From: Bugula neritina
Taxonomy: Eukaryota; Animalia; Bryozoa
Direction of reading: 5' to 3'
Length of the DNA stretch: 64,000 nucleotides
Assembly (NCBI GenBank): GCA_964035545.1
Contig: CAXIUT010000291.1
Location: 15,463 to 79,462, forward strand
Of the stretch, positions 1 to 10,018 are shown piece by piece (position 1 is the first letter of the stretch; each line of letters begins with the position of its first letter). Under the pieces are notes generated by a model that searched no databases, was not told the origin of the DNA, and saw nothing but the letters and a program-made list of their open reading frames with translations. A program made the position numbers and the translations under genes.

Positions 1-537
1 CTAAAGCCAGCTTCATCAAAGTAGCGCAAGCAAATCTCACCCGCGTCTTCCTTCTCTTGTAGATAGATCATCACCTGTTGGTCTTTACGGAAGGTCTCTT
101 CGTCACGTTGCTCCTTGCTGGAAGTCCGTAGTCGTTTCCAACGGTAAAATTTTTTTCAAACAGCGTTTGTAGGTGTCATCACTGGCAGTCTTATTCGTCT
201 CTGCTTCCAACAGAGCGATAGCGCTCTTGGGCTGATGCGGATTCTTATCAAGATAATGCCGAAAACGCTCGACTTCATCAGCGGTTAAAGTCGCCGGTCG
301 CCCACTCCTCGGCAGGTCAAACAAGCCAACCACTCCCGAGGCTTCCCAGGCATCAATCCACTGGCTGATGGTATGGCTACGTACACTAAACACATCCGCT
401 AATTGTGACAGTGTATAACTTTTGTTACTGAGCTGTATGGCATGAGCACGTTGACGCGTGCGGGAGGATGGGTGATGCTGCTGTGCTTCACTCAAAGTCA
501 GCTTAACTTCTGCACTGAGACGAGAGACAAATTTCAT
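1..537 (-). CDS. IS630 transposase (OrfA plus +1 frame OrfB, partial)
   Basis: HTH OrfA 103-537; OrfB hand-translated from ~150 to the window edge contains YFDEAGF. Confidence 0.85.
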
Positions 538-618
538 TAGTTGGGGTCAGAATGTCGGTAAAATAGTGCCGATCATTATACCACCACTAATCTCTGAAAA
601 CTTCTACATCGGTACTTA
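1..618 (-). mobile_element. IS630-family insertion sequence, partial (runs off the left edge of the window)
   Basis: ORF 103-537 is an HTH-type OrfA (TISQWIDAWEASG...LFDLPRSGRP). The +1 frame after A7T4 (~146-156) reads YRWKRLR...LRYFDEAGF, the first Asp of the DDE triad. The element ends at TA 617-618, where the host gene frame resumes. Confidence 0.9.
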
Positions 619-3600
619 CAGCAGGGCGGTATCGATGCGCTAGCTCAGGACAAGCATGGCTTTCTCTGGATAGGTACAAGAAATGGATTGGTGCGCTACG
701 ATGGTAATGCCATAAAAACCTACCGTAATATTCCTGATAAACCTGAAACCCTGCAAGATGATGCCATCATCGCCCTGCACTATGGTAAAGACGGGCGATT
801 ATGGGTCGGCACAGCGGAAAATGGAGCGAGTTACTATAACTACACAACGGGGCAATTCACCCGAATTGACACCAAGGCGGCTGGTAAGCATGTCTACCGT
901 TTCTACGATGATGAATCGGGGGAGGGTATTTATGCGCAAACGACAGCTGGTCTGTTTTTTATCGACCTGAGCAATAACGCCAAACTTGTTCTGAGTGCAG
1001 AATATTCAGAGTTAGTATTGGGCCTGTATGTCAGTGCATCCGGTACGCACGCTATTCTCGAAACAGGGCAAAAGCTCACCTTAGGCCAGAACCCTGAACG
1101 ACCAGAAATATACCAAATTATCCCGAAAACGCTGATGCAATACTGGCAGGCTACGTTCTGCCCACACCTGATTAGAGAGGCAATACAGGTAGGCGGTGGT
1201 TCTGGCCTGTTCTATTGTTTGCAGGGCAACAAGGTCATCGACACCAAATTGAATGAGGTCTTATTTCAGGCCGGTATTAATCCCGGCCAGCTGGTGGTCT
1301 ATGACCTGACGGAAGATGATAACGGTGTCATCTGGATAAATAGTGGTCGGGGGTTGCTGCGGATTACGGGCGATCTGGTCTCTAAGATTAAAAGCCCCGG
1401 TTTTGATGGCCAGAGCCTGTCCGGCAATAAGCTATCAGTTCTGCTGGCCGGGCAGAAGAATACCTTGTTTGTTGGCACGCAGGAGCGGGGGCTAAGTACA
1501 CTCACGCTGGATGACTCGGGTATCAGTTATTTCAACACTCTCTATACGGCGTCTCCGGCTGAAAATAAAATTGTCCCTATTGCGCCCGCGAAACCTTGTC
1601 AGACTGACGATGACAATGGACAAGCCATGACCTGGAGTACGCTGAAAGACGCGGATGGTGATCTATGGGTAGGGAATAACGCAGGTTTGACCCGCAGGCC
1701 AGTCGGTTCAGCTACTTTTCAACACTACCACCAGCTGGGTAGTAAAGCGTTAGTCGATGTATGTGCAGTGCGGGCGTTGGCAGAGGCGGATGGCAAAATC
1801 TGGGTCGGTACACCGACAGGGTTGCTCGCCTATGATAAGCGTAGCCAGGCTGTTACCCACTATACATCTCAGCGGGGTGATGAGGGCGAGCATCATAAAG
1901 CGCTTACTGCGATGCGATCAGTGTTCTGTTGCATGATAATAAGCGTGGCAGCTTGTGGGTAGGTACTGAGCAGTCTGGGCTGAACCGGATTGATTTGAAC
2001 AGCGGTAAAATGCGTCATTTTTCTTCTATGGCTAACAACCCGGCCATGCTGTCACATGCACAGGTACATAGCCTGTATCTGGATCGGAATAACCGCCTGT
2101 GGGTAGGGACGGGGGCAGGTCTGTCGTTATGGAGTGAGGATAGTGATTCCTTTAAAACCATTCGGGCTTCTGATGAACCCGCAACATTGAGTGGTGCTGT
2201 GGTTCATACGATCTACCAGTCCGATGAGGATACCTTATGGGCCGGTACGAATAACGGCTTGAATCGGATTAAGATTAGTCAGTTCACTGTGGAAAAACGC
2301 TGGTTTGAACGTGATGGGTTACCACATCCGGCAATCTATCAATTTGTCGCTGATGATTATGGTCACTATTGGCTGAGTACGGCTAATGGTTTAAGCCGCT
2401 TTGATCCGGCACAGGATAGTTTCAGCAATTATTACCCGCAGCATGAAACTCAGGCTGATACGGTTAATGTCAATGCCTGGTACCAGGAGAAACAGGGTTT
2501 GCTCTACCTGAGTGGGACAGATGGATTTAGTGTTATCAATCCGCAAGCATTTGCTACGACTGAGAAATCATATCCTCCGCTTATTACCCGGGTTGATAGC
2601 TTAGATCGGCAGGGTGACGAGTCAAAGCTGGAGACGCACCCTGCGTTAACTCAGGTGCTGCCCTTAACCGGGGAAGAAGTGCCGACCAAGTTGACGCGTA
2701 ATGTCCGCCTCAACTTTACCTACCCGTTTTTTGGTGATAGCGATTTAGTAAAAAGCCAGTATCGTCTGTTGCCTGCTGTTGATGTTTGGTCAAAGACTTC
2801 TCCCGGTTCGCATTATGTGGACTACACCGGCCTGAAACCAGGCGCTTATGAATTTCAGCTCAAAGCGAATCTGGCTGGCAATCAGATCAGCAGCTTCCGC
2901 TTTGAGATTGAACCTTATTTTTGGGAAACGCCCTGGTTTCGGGCGCTGGCGTTGATCGCACTGTTAATATCAACCGTATTGTTCACGATTTACTGCTACC
3001 GGGTTTGGGGCAAGTTTTCCGCCGACAAAATGACACGTCAGCATTACCGCATTGTTGAACACGAACTGCGCCCGCATCTGCATGAGGCGAATAAGCAGTT
3101 GCAATCGATGCTGCAATCGCCTGGTTTGGCGATTAAAGACAAGCAAACCATTCGCTTTTCCATTATGCCGTTAATTGGCAAATCCATTGACTTTATTGCA
3201 GAACTACGGACGTTGGTGGATTTACGCCGTACCGTGAAACAACCGAAGCAGCTTTATATGCTGGAAGATGTACTGGACGAAGTGCTGCTGTTTTTCCGGG
3301 ATCAACAGCAGCGTATTGTGTTGGGTGAGGTGGAAGATATTAATGTTCTGACACATCAGGACGCAGTGTATTTACTGGTGAAAAACCTCATCTCTAATGC
3401 GATTAAGTATTCGCCGGGCGGTGAGTCGGTACAGGTAAATGTGTACTCTGAGGGCAAGACGCTGGTCGTCGAGTGTAATGATCAGGGTATCGGTATTAGT
3501 AAAGATAAGCGCAAGGTTATTTATGAGCCGTATAAGCGCTTTGCCGGGGAGTATAAAAATATTAATGGTCAGGGTATCGGTTTAGCGATTGTACGCTTTG

Positions 3601-3701
3601 TTGTTCATACTTATCAGGGCAGTATCACTATCACAGACAATCAGCCACAGGGGAGTTGTTTCATTGTCCGTCTAAAGGGAGTAGTCGTAGATGAATCATA
3701 A
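616..3701 (+). pseudogene. Beta-propeller/Y_Y_Y sensor histidine kinase, 5'-interrupted by IS630, with one frameshift near 1905-1915
   Basis: The frame is open from 616 (LQQGGIDALAQDKHGFLWIGTRNGLVRYDG). It has repeated LWVGT..GL propeller blades, YTGLKPGAYEF (Y_Y_Y), a TM helix, H-box HELR, N-box NLISNAIKYS and G-boxes DQGIGI and GQGIGL. ORFs 688-1962 and 1929-3701 join by one frameshift. Confidence 0.85.
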
Positions 3702-4476
3702 AACCAACGGAACTGTCGTATTGATTGAAGACGAGCCAGCTTCAATTCAGCGTTTGTTGCCCCTGTTGCGTAAGTACCATGAATGCTATTTTGCTACTAA
3801 TGGCGAGGGCGGGATAAATCTGTATCGTAAGGTCATGGCTAAGAACCCGCTGGTGATTTGCGATGTGAATCTGCCGGATATGCTGGGGTTTGATGTTTGC
3901 CGGGCGATTAAGGCCCACAATCCGGCGACTTATGTCATGTTATTGACCGCTTATAATGACAGTGAGCTGAGAATGGCGGGGCTGAACGCTTATGCGGATA
4001 GTTATGTCGATAAGGTGCTGAGCGATGAGGAGATTCGGCTCAAAGTCCGGAATGCCTTTAATACGGTACAGCTCAATCATGCGGTAGAACCGCCGGTTAT
4101 AACAGAGAAGTCTTCGTGCCGGTGCAAACTGGAAAATTTTGAAACTTTGGTGCGGGATCGTTTGCTGGATTATTATAAACAGCCGTTTTTTGAGCGTGAT
4201 AAGCACGGGTGTAATCTGGAAATCATGGCGGAATTTGTGCATCAGTCTCCACGTACCTTTCAGCGCAAGATGCATGCACAGGTCGGTATGCCATTTAAGA
4301 CCTTTCAATTAAAAGTTCGCTTGCAAAGAAGCCGGGAATTATTGGTGGATGAATTCAGCGTGACCCAGATTGCGGATATTCTGGAATTTTCCAGTCCATC
4401 GCACTTTTCACGTGCCTTTCGCGATGAGTATGGGATGACGCCGGGTAAGTATAAAAAGCACCAGTTGACGGTGTAA
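3691..4476 (+). CDS. Response regulator, REC plus AraC-type HTH
   Basis: IEDE, DVNLP, LLTA receiver motifs; C-terminal IADILEFSSPSHFSRAFRDEYGMTP AraC signature; overlaps the kinase stop. Confidence 0.9.
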   Translation: MNHKTNGTVVLIEDEPASIQRLLPLLRKYHECYFATNGEGGINLYRKVMAKNPLVICDVNLPDMLGFDVCRAIKAHNPATYVMLLTAYNDSELRMAGLNAYADSYVDKVLSDEEIRLKVRNAFNTVQLNHAVEPPVITEKSSCRCKLENFETLVRDRLLDYYKQPFFERDKHGCNLEIMAEFVHQSPRTFQRKMHAQVGMPFKTFQLKVRLQRSRELLVDEFSVTQIADILEFSSPSHFSRAFRDEYGMTPGKYKKHQLTV

Positions 4477-4558
4477 TCTCGATAGTTTTTGTGGTGCCTA
4501 CTTTTCAATAAATACTTGCGCTAGACTGTGAGTTTGCCCCAACGGCGGTCATCACCTC

Positions 4559-6421
4559 ATGCTGCAAAAATTCCTAACCTCCCTGGTCAAACCAGCCGAC
4601 TTCGGCCCAATAGAGCAGCCGCCCCGCAACACGTTGGCGTTCTTTAAATACTACCTCTACCCCATCCGGTATTTATTACTCATCACGCTCATCGTATCCG
4701 GTATCGCCACTGGTACCGAGTTATTGCTGTATGTCTACCTCGGCCAGATCGTTGACTGGATGAGCAGCAATGAACCCGCACAATTCTTTGAGCAGTACAC
4801 GCCTGCACTATTAACCATGCTGGTGGTCGCAATGTTTATCCGGCCCATTGCGTTATTAGCAGCACGCGGACTGATAACGTTTGCGCTGACCGTCGGTTGG
4901 GGCAATCTCATCCGCTGGCATAATCACCGTTATATGGTGCGCCAGAGCCTGACCTATTTCCAGAATGATTTTGCCGGGCGTATCGCACAGAAAGTGATGC
5001 AGACCGGGAATTCATCGCGTGAAGCGGTGTTGAATGTGGTCGATGGCTTGTGGTTACTGGTGATTTATCTGGTGGGGATTATCTGGCTGTTTATCGAGAT
5101 GGATTGGCGCTTGTTGCTGCCGGTTTTGCTGTGGGTTGTTGGGTATGTTGTGGTGATTGTGACGCGGGTGCCGCCGGTACGCGGGCGTTCGGCAGCGTTA
5201 TCGGAGGCAAATTCACAGTGGTTGGGTCAGGTGGTCGATAGCTATTCTAATATTCAGTCGGTCAAATTGTTCGCCACGCCTGAGTTAGAAGATGCACATA
5301 CCGGTAAGTATATGCAGGAACACACCAATGCGTTTTATGGCCTGATGTGGGCGATTTTCCAGATGACGGCGGCGCTGGTGGTTCTGAACACACTGTTGAT
5401 TGTGAGTACGGCGGTGGTATCTATTTATCTGTGGCAGGCGGGTGAGGTGTCGCTTGGCGCGATTACGATCGCCAACGGCATTATTATGCGGGTTAACCAG
5501 ATGTCCAGCTGGATACTGCGCACGATTACGTCGATGTTTGAGCATATTGGTACGGTGCAGAACGGGATTGAAACCATTGCGCAGGACAATGCCGTCACTG
5601 ATAAGCCTGCTGCGCCAGTCTTACAGCTGACACAGGGGGAGATTGCCTATAAGGATGTTGGTTTCGCTTATAACGCCGGCAATAGCGTGATGCGCGATTT
5701 CAATCTGTTGATTAAGCCCGGTGAGAAGATTGGCGTTGTCGGGCGTTCCGGGGCGGGTAAGTCCACGCTGGTGAATTTATTGCTGCGCTTTCATGATGTG
5801 GATGAGGGGGAGATTCTGATTGATGGTCAGAATATTGCGGCGGTAACGCAGAATAGTCTGCGTGCTGAGATTGCGATGGTGACTCAGGATACGGCGCTCT
5901 TGCATCGCTCTGTGCGCGATAATATTCGTTATGGCCGTCCGCAGGCGAGTGATACTGAGATTGAGCGTGCGGCGCGGCTGGCCGGGGTGGATCAGTTTAT
6001 TGAGCAGCTGGTTGACCCGAAGGGTAATCAGGGTTTTGATGCGCTGGTTGGGGAGCGTGGGGTCAAGCTTTCGGGCGGACAGCGCCAGCGGATTGCGATT
6101 GCGCGGGTGATTCTGAAGGATGCGCCGATTCTGATTCTGGATGAAGCGACGTCGGCGCTGGACTCCGAGGTGGAAGAGGTGATCCAGAGTCGCCTGACTA
6201 CGTTGATGGAAGGGAAGACGGTGATCGCGATTGCGCATCGTTTATCGACGATAGCGGCGATGGATCGGCTGATTGTGGTGGACGAAGGCCAGATTATCGA
6301 GCAGGGTTCACATGCGGAGTTGCTGGAGAGACAGGGTTTGTATGCAAAATTATGGGGGCGGCAATCCGGTGGCTTTCTGGGAGCGGGGCAAAACCCGCAT
6401 GAGGGGCCTGTTTCCGGATAG
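4559..6421 (+). CDS. ABC exporter, fused permease/ATP-binding protein
   Basis: N-terminal TM helices; Walker A GRSGAGKST, signature LSGGQRQR, Walker B LILDEATS, H-loop IAHRLST. Confidence 0.95.
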   Translation: MLQKFLTSLVKPADFGPIEQPPRNTLAFFKYYLYPIRYLLLITLIVSGIATGTELLLYVYLGQIVDWMSSNEPAQFFEQYTPALLTMLVVAMFIRPIALLAARGLITFALTVGWGNLIRWHNHRYMVRQSLTYFQNDFAGRIAQKVMQTGNSSREAVLNVVDGLWLLVIYLVGIIWLFIEMDWRLLLPVLLWVVGYVVVIVTRVPPVRGRSAALSEANSQWLGQVVDSYSNIQSVKLFATPELEDAHTGKYMQEHTNAFYGLMWAIFQMTAALVVLNTLLIVSTAVVSIYLWQAGEVSLGAITIANGIIMRVNQMSSWILRTITSMFEHIGTVQNGIETIAQDNAVTDKPAAPVLQLTQGEIAYKDVGFAYNAGNSVMRDFNLLIKPGEKIGVVGRSGAGKSTLVNLLLRFHDVDEGEILIDGQNIAAVTQNSLRAEIAMVTQDTALLHRSVRDNIRYGRPQASDTEIERAARLAGVDQFIEQLVDPKGNQGFDALVGERGVKLSGGQRQRIAIARVILKDAPILILDEATSALDSEVEEVIQSRLTTLMEGKTVIAIAHRLSTIAAMDRLIVVDEGQIIEQGSHAELLERQGLYAKLWGRQSGGFLGAGQNPHEGPVSG

Positions 6422-6439
6422 GCTGCGGAGTGATCGGTG

Positions 6440-6500
6440 GGGTGACAGAATGCTGTCACCCGATTGTCACCTGTCACCTGTGTTGCGTCACTAACTGACA
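6440..6500. promoter_or_regulatory. Candidate upstream activator sequence for a sigma54 enhancer-binding protein
   Basis: Inverted repeat GGGTGACAG-N4-CTGTCACCC (6440-6461) plus further TGTCACC copies at 6465 and 6472, about 110-150 bp upstream of a sigma54 promoter. Confidence 0.5.
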
Positions 6501-6558
6501 GCTTAACAAGCCTTGTTGTCTTTTCTCTGAAAAGTGCTTTTTATTTAAATTTTATGTT

Positions 6559-6571
6559 TATCAGTGGGTTA
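6559..6571 (+). promoter_or_regulatory. IHF binding site
   Basis: TATCAGTGGGTTA matches WATCAR-N4-TTR, preceded by an AT tract, between the putative enhancer and the sigma54 promoter. Confidence 0.65.
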
Positions 6572-6588
6572 TGGGTTTTTTGCGAAGT

Positions 6589-6604
6589 TGGCACGCGGGT
6601 TGCA
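6589..6604 (+). promoter_or_regulatory. Sigma54 (-24/-12) promoter
   Basis: TGGCAC-GCGGG-TTGCA is an exact match to TGGCAC-N5-TTGCW. Confidence 0.85.
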
Positions 6605-6614
6605 ATAAGGTAAA

Positions 6615-6843
6615 TAACAAAAAAACGATAACAACAAAATAAAATAACAACAATAATAAAATAAAGAAATAATAATAAAAACAAAACCATAAGCCCCGAG
6701 GCTGAGTAATACAATCCCCTGTTTACGTGTTACGAAGCCTGTTTCAGTCCTCCCCCTTACCCCGGGGGGAGTACACTGAAAAACATCCCTAATCCCCTTT
6801 GTTGTAAGCCCTTAATCAGCCTCGTTTCGCGGGGCTGCTTTTT
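6615..6843 (+). ncRNA. Putative CrcZ-like A-rich small RNA
   Basis: No ORF in the track. Several AAnAAnAA motifs in 6613-6685, a GC-rich hairpin ~6740-6785, bounded by the sigma54 promoter and an intrinsic terminator. Confidence 0.65.
6817..6843 (+). terminator. Intrinsic terminator
   Basis: CAGCCTCG...CGGGGCTG stem followed by CTTTTT. Confidence 0.7.
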
Positions 6844-6953
6844 ACCTGAATTTCCCTTTATCACCCGAAAACCCTGTATAAACGGAGGATATTATTTTCT
6901 GTTGCCCGCCGCTTGTGATAAAGTTTTGCTAAGTAATAAAAAAGACATATGTT

Positions 6954-7658
6954 ATGCAAAAATCTAATTTATTGTGCATTGGGCATCGTGGTGCTATGGG
7001 GCATGCACCGGAAAACACATTGGCTTCGATCAGTAAGGCGCTGGAACTGGGTGCGCCGTGGATTGAAGTTGATATTTATGCCGTGGATGGACAGTTGCTG
7101 GTCTTCCATGACGATCGTCTGGATAAGAAAACCAATGGCAAAGGCTATATCCAGGAGCAATCCTTTGAGTACCTACGCTCATTACAGGTGAAAAAGAGTG
7201 ATCAGCACATTCCGACGCTGGAAGAAGTGTGCGCGCTGATCGCAGGCCGGGCCGGTTTGAATGTCGAGTTAAAGGGAGCGGGCACCGCCCAACCAGTGAG
7301 TGATTTGCTGGAACGCCTGATTACCGAAGGCTGGTCGCGTGAGCAGTTTCTGGTGTCTTCGTTTAATCACCGTGAACTACTGGCGTTTCGGGAAACTAAT
7401 CCCGCGATTCGTGTTGGCCTGCTGCATTGTAGTTTACCCGTGGATGATGCCAAATCTGCTGAGGAGTTGGGAGCGTATTCGGTGAACCCCTCGCTGGAAT
7501 TCATTGACCAGCGCTATGTGGATGATGCACACCGGCGTGGTCTCAAGGTTTATGTGTATACCGTGAACCATCCCGAAGATATTGCGCGTATGCGTGACCT
7601 TGGGGTTGATGGCGTGTTTACCAATTATCCGGAACGGGTGTTACAGGCGGCGGCCTGA
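6954..7658 (+). CDS. Glycerophosphodiester phosphodiesterase
   Basis: GHRGA..APENT, IEVDI, FHDD, NVELK, YTVN, DGVFTNYP motifs. Confidence 0.93.
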   Translation: MQKSNLLCIGHRGAMGHAPENTLASISKALELGAPWIEVDIYAVDGQLLVFHDDRLDKKTNGKGYIQEQSFEYLRSLQVKKSDQHIPTLEEVCALIAGRAGLNVELKGAGTAQPVSDLLERLITEGWSREQFLVSSFNHRELLAFRETNPAIRVGLLHCSLPVDDAKSAEELGAYSVNPSLEFIDQRYVDDAHRRGLKVYVYTVNHPEDIARMRDLGVDGVFTNYPERVLQAAA

Positions 7659-7704
7659 GCCTGTGTTGTATAATGCCCTGTGCCAGCGGTGAGCGCTTGC
7701 TCAC

Positions 7705-9036
7705 TAGTACCTCGCCTTGGAGATATGATTGATAATCATGCCACCAGCGGCTTCCCGATGTAAGTCCATTGAAAAGGCTTAGCCAAGTATTTGTTGAAAT
7801 AATCGATAAAGGCTTCCACTCTTTGCTTAAGATTTTCCTGTGAGGTAAAGCTGCCTCGCCTGAGTAAGCGTCGACTGAGAATGCCAAACCAAATTTCCAC
7901 TTGATTGAGCCAGGAGCAATGCTTCGGCGTGAATACGAATCGAATGCGATGCGCTTCATCTTGCAGGAAGGCCATTCTTGATGCCATACTTTTCAGAATA
8001 CCTGATTTCCCCTTTTCCCCCAGCGGCTGGTTTAACTGACAGGCTTGCGCGACGTACTCGACCAATCCGGCTGACTTGTGTGTATTGAGCTGATCCACTA
8101 CAAATATCCACTGATCCTTAGCCGCAGTACCAACCGTACGCTTAATGTGGGCGACAAAATCAGTTTCAGTTCGGGTATCACCAACGGTTGAGTCGATCAC
8201 TTGCCCGGTCGCAATTTCGAAATTAGCGATCAGGCATTGAGTGCCATGCCGGGTATATTCAAACTCGTGCCGTTCCGGTTGCCCGGACTCCATCAGGTGG
8301 TCAGGATGGATACGTTCAATCGCTTGCATACCCGTTTTCTCATCCGTACTCACCAGGTGTATTCCTTGTTCATGGAGGGCTTCAGCCTGATGGTACAGTT
8401 TACAGATAGCATGAACAGCCTGGCGAAATTCGGGGCTATCTTCAACACCCTGATTAAGCCAGTACTGAATACGGTGGGGCTTTAAATCAGCCTGATTTTA
8501 AAAAACGCTCGATACTGCTTTTCGAGATGCTATTAACAATGCCGCGTTCTACCGCCATCCGGGCCAATTCGGCCTGTGTCCAGTGGCTTAGGTGAGTCGG
8601 CGGTTTCTCGCAAGCCAGGGCGATAATCCGACAAACCTGCTCAGCAGTAAAAGTGGGTGGGCTGCCACTGCGGGGAAGGTCACTGAGTAGGTGACGAATA
8701 CCCTGACCCAGCAACCGGGGTTTATCTTCCCAACGCGACAGTTTTGAATGGCCTTCAACCCAGCGACGACGCCACAGCCCCACAGCATTTTCATTCAAGC
8801 TAACTTGTTGGCTGATCGCTTTATTGCTGTTTCCCAAAGCCGCCAACAAAACGACCTGACTACGTTGGAATAAACTGTAAGCCGTTTTTCCACTCTTCAC
8901 AAAACTTTCCAGCAGTGCTTGCTGGCCAGAACTCAGTTCAACTACAGAAACAGGACGGGACATCGAATTAGCTACCATAACTCTCAGATGATAGAGAGAT
9001 GGGGGTTATCCATGATAGTTTCAAGGTGAGGTACTA
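7705..9036 (-). mobile_element. IS630-family insertion sequence, complete
   Basis: Imperfect terminal inverted repeats TAGTACCTCGCCTTGGAGATATGATTGATAA and TAGTACCTCACCTTGAAACTATCATGGATAA; TA at both ends (7705-7706, 9035-9036) in a CTAG context. Confidence 0.95.
7736..8978 (-). CDS. IS630 transposase, OrfA (8487-8978) and OrfB joined by a +1 shift at T6A4
   Basis: OrfA HTH ends ERFLKSG*; the +1 frame continues QADLKPHRIQYWLN into DDE motifs STDEKTG, VVDQLNTH, WLNQVEIWF. Confidence 0.9.
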
Positions 9037-9831
9037 GGTTTTCCACATCGGATCAATGCCATCAATTAGCCTAAGTAAGGCGGGCCACTCCGGGTGACGT
9101 ACTTTGGCCCCGGCCTGTGCCGCACCACCCTCAAACTGATCACGGGTATGTGCCATTACCGCTTCATCAATCAGGTTCACTTTACCGCTCGCCATCGCCT
9201 GGAGCTGCACTTCAGCGTTACGAATGAAAGCATAATGACGTACAAAGGCCCAGGTTGGTGTGGTACCCGCCGTAATCAGGCCGTGGTTCTTCAGCACCAG
9301 CGTATGATTCTCCGCCCCCAGCGCGGCCCGCACCCGGCTCTGCTCAGCCTCATTCAGCACAATACCCTCAAAATCATGATAGCCGACGCGCTGATAAAAC
9401 TGACAGCCTTCCTGTGTCACCGGAATCACTTCCGTTTGGGTCGCACACAGTGCCTGTGATACCGCTTCATGGGTATGAATAATACAGTGCAGGTCGTCCG
9501 GGCGGGCTTTGTGGATAGCTGAGTGAATCAGATAGCCCGCCTGATTCACCGGCCAGTCGCTGGCACAGCTGCTGTCGTTAATCTTATTGCCGTCAATATC
9601 AATCTTAATCAGGTCGCTGGCGCGGATTTCATCGTAACGCAGCCCAAACGGATTAATTAGCAGTGCATCGCTGTCCGGGATGCGACAGGTGATGTGGTTA
9701 TAAACCACGCTTGTCCAGCCGAAGTAATCCACCATGCGGTAACAGGCTGCGAGCTGGAGACGGGTGTCCCATTCGGTTTGGGACATGCCGTTGGGGGCGG
9801 GTGGGTATGTGATATTGAAGCGGTTATCCAT
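9034..9831 (-). CDS. Class II aldolase/adducin family protein
   Basis: YNHIT, INPFGLRYDEI, IHSAIH, IIHTH, LKNHG metal-binding His motifs. Confidence 0.92.
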   Translation of the reverse strand: MDNRFNITYPPAPNGMSQTEWDTRLQLAACYRMVDYFGWTSVVYNHITCRIPDSDALLINPFGLRYDEIRASDLIKIDIDGNKINDSSCASDWPVNQAGYLIHSAIHKARPDDLHCIIHTHEAVSQALCATQTEVIPVTQEGCQFYQRVGYHDFEGIVLNEAEQSRVRAALGAENHTLVLKNHGLITAGTTPTWAFVRHYAFIRNAEVQLQAMASGKVNLIDEAVMAHTRDQFEGGAAQAGAKVRHPEWPALLRLIDGIDPMWKT

Positions 9832-9854
9832 ATTGGTTTCCTCTGATTTTCAGT

Positions 9855-10018
9855 GCCCTTCGGCTCCGCTCAGGGAACTGAAAGGGCGGTGTCACATCTT
9901 GTCAGGTGGCTGAGCGGAGCCGAAGCCTCATGCCACCGCCTCCTCAGGGAACTGCAAGAGCGGTGTCACACCTTGTCAGGTGGCTGAGCGGAGTCGAAGC
10001 CTCATGCCACCGCCTCCT
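9855..10018. repeat. REP-like palindromic element with a 74-bp tandem duplication
   Basis: CTTCGGCTCCGCTCAG...CTGAGCGGAGCCGAAG inverted pair; the unit starting CAGGGAACTG occurs at 9871 and 9945 with a few substitutions. Confidence 0.85.

Noticed and set aside
9855-10018. Possible mini CRISPR array
   Set aside because: Only two units, the intervening sequences are near-identical rather than unique spacers, and no cas genes are present.
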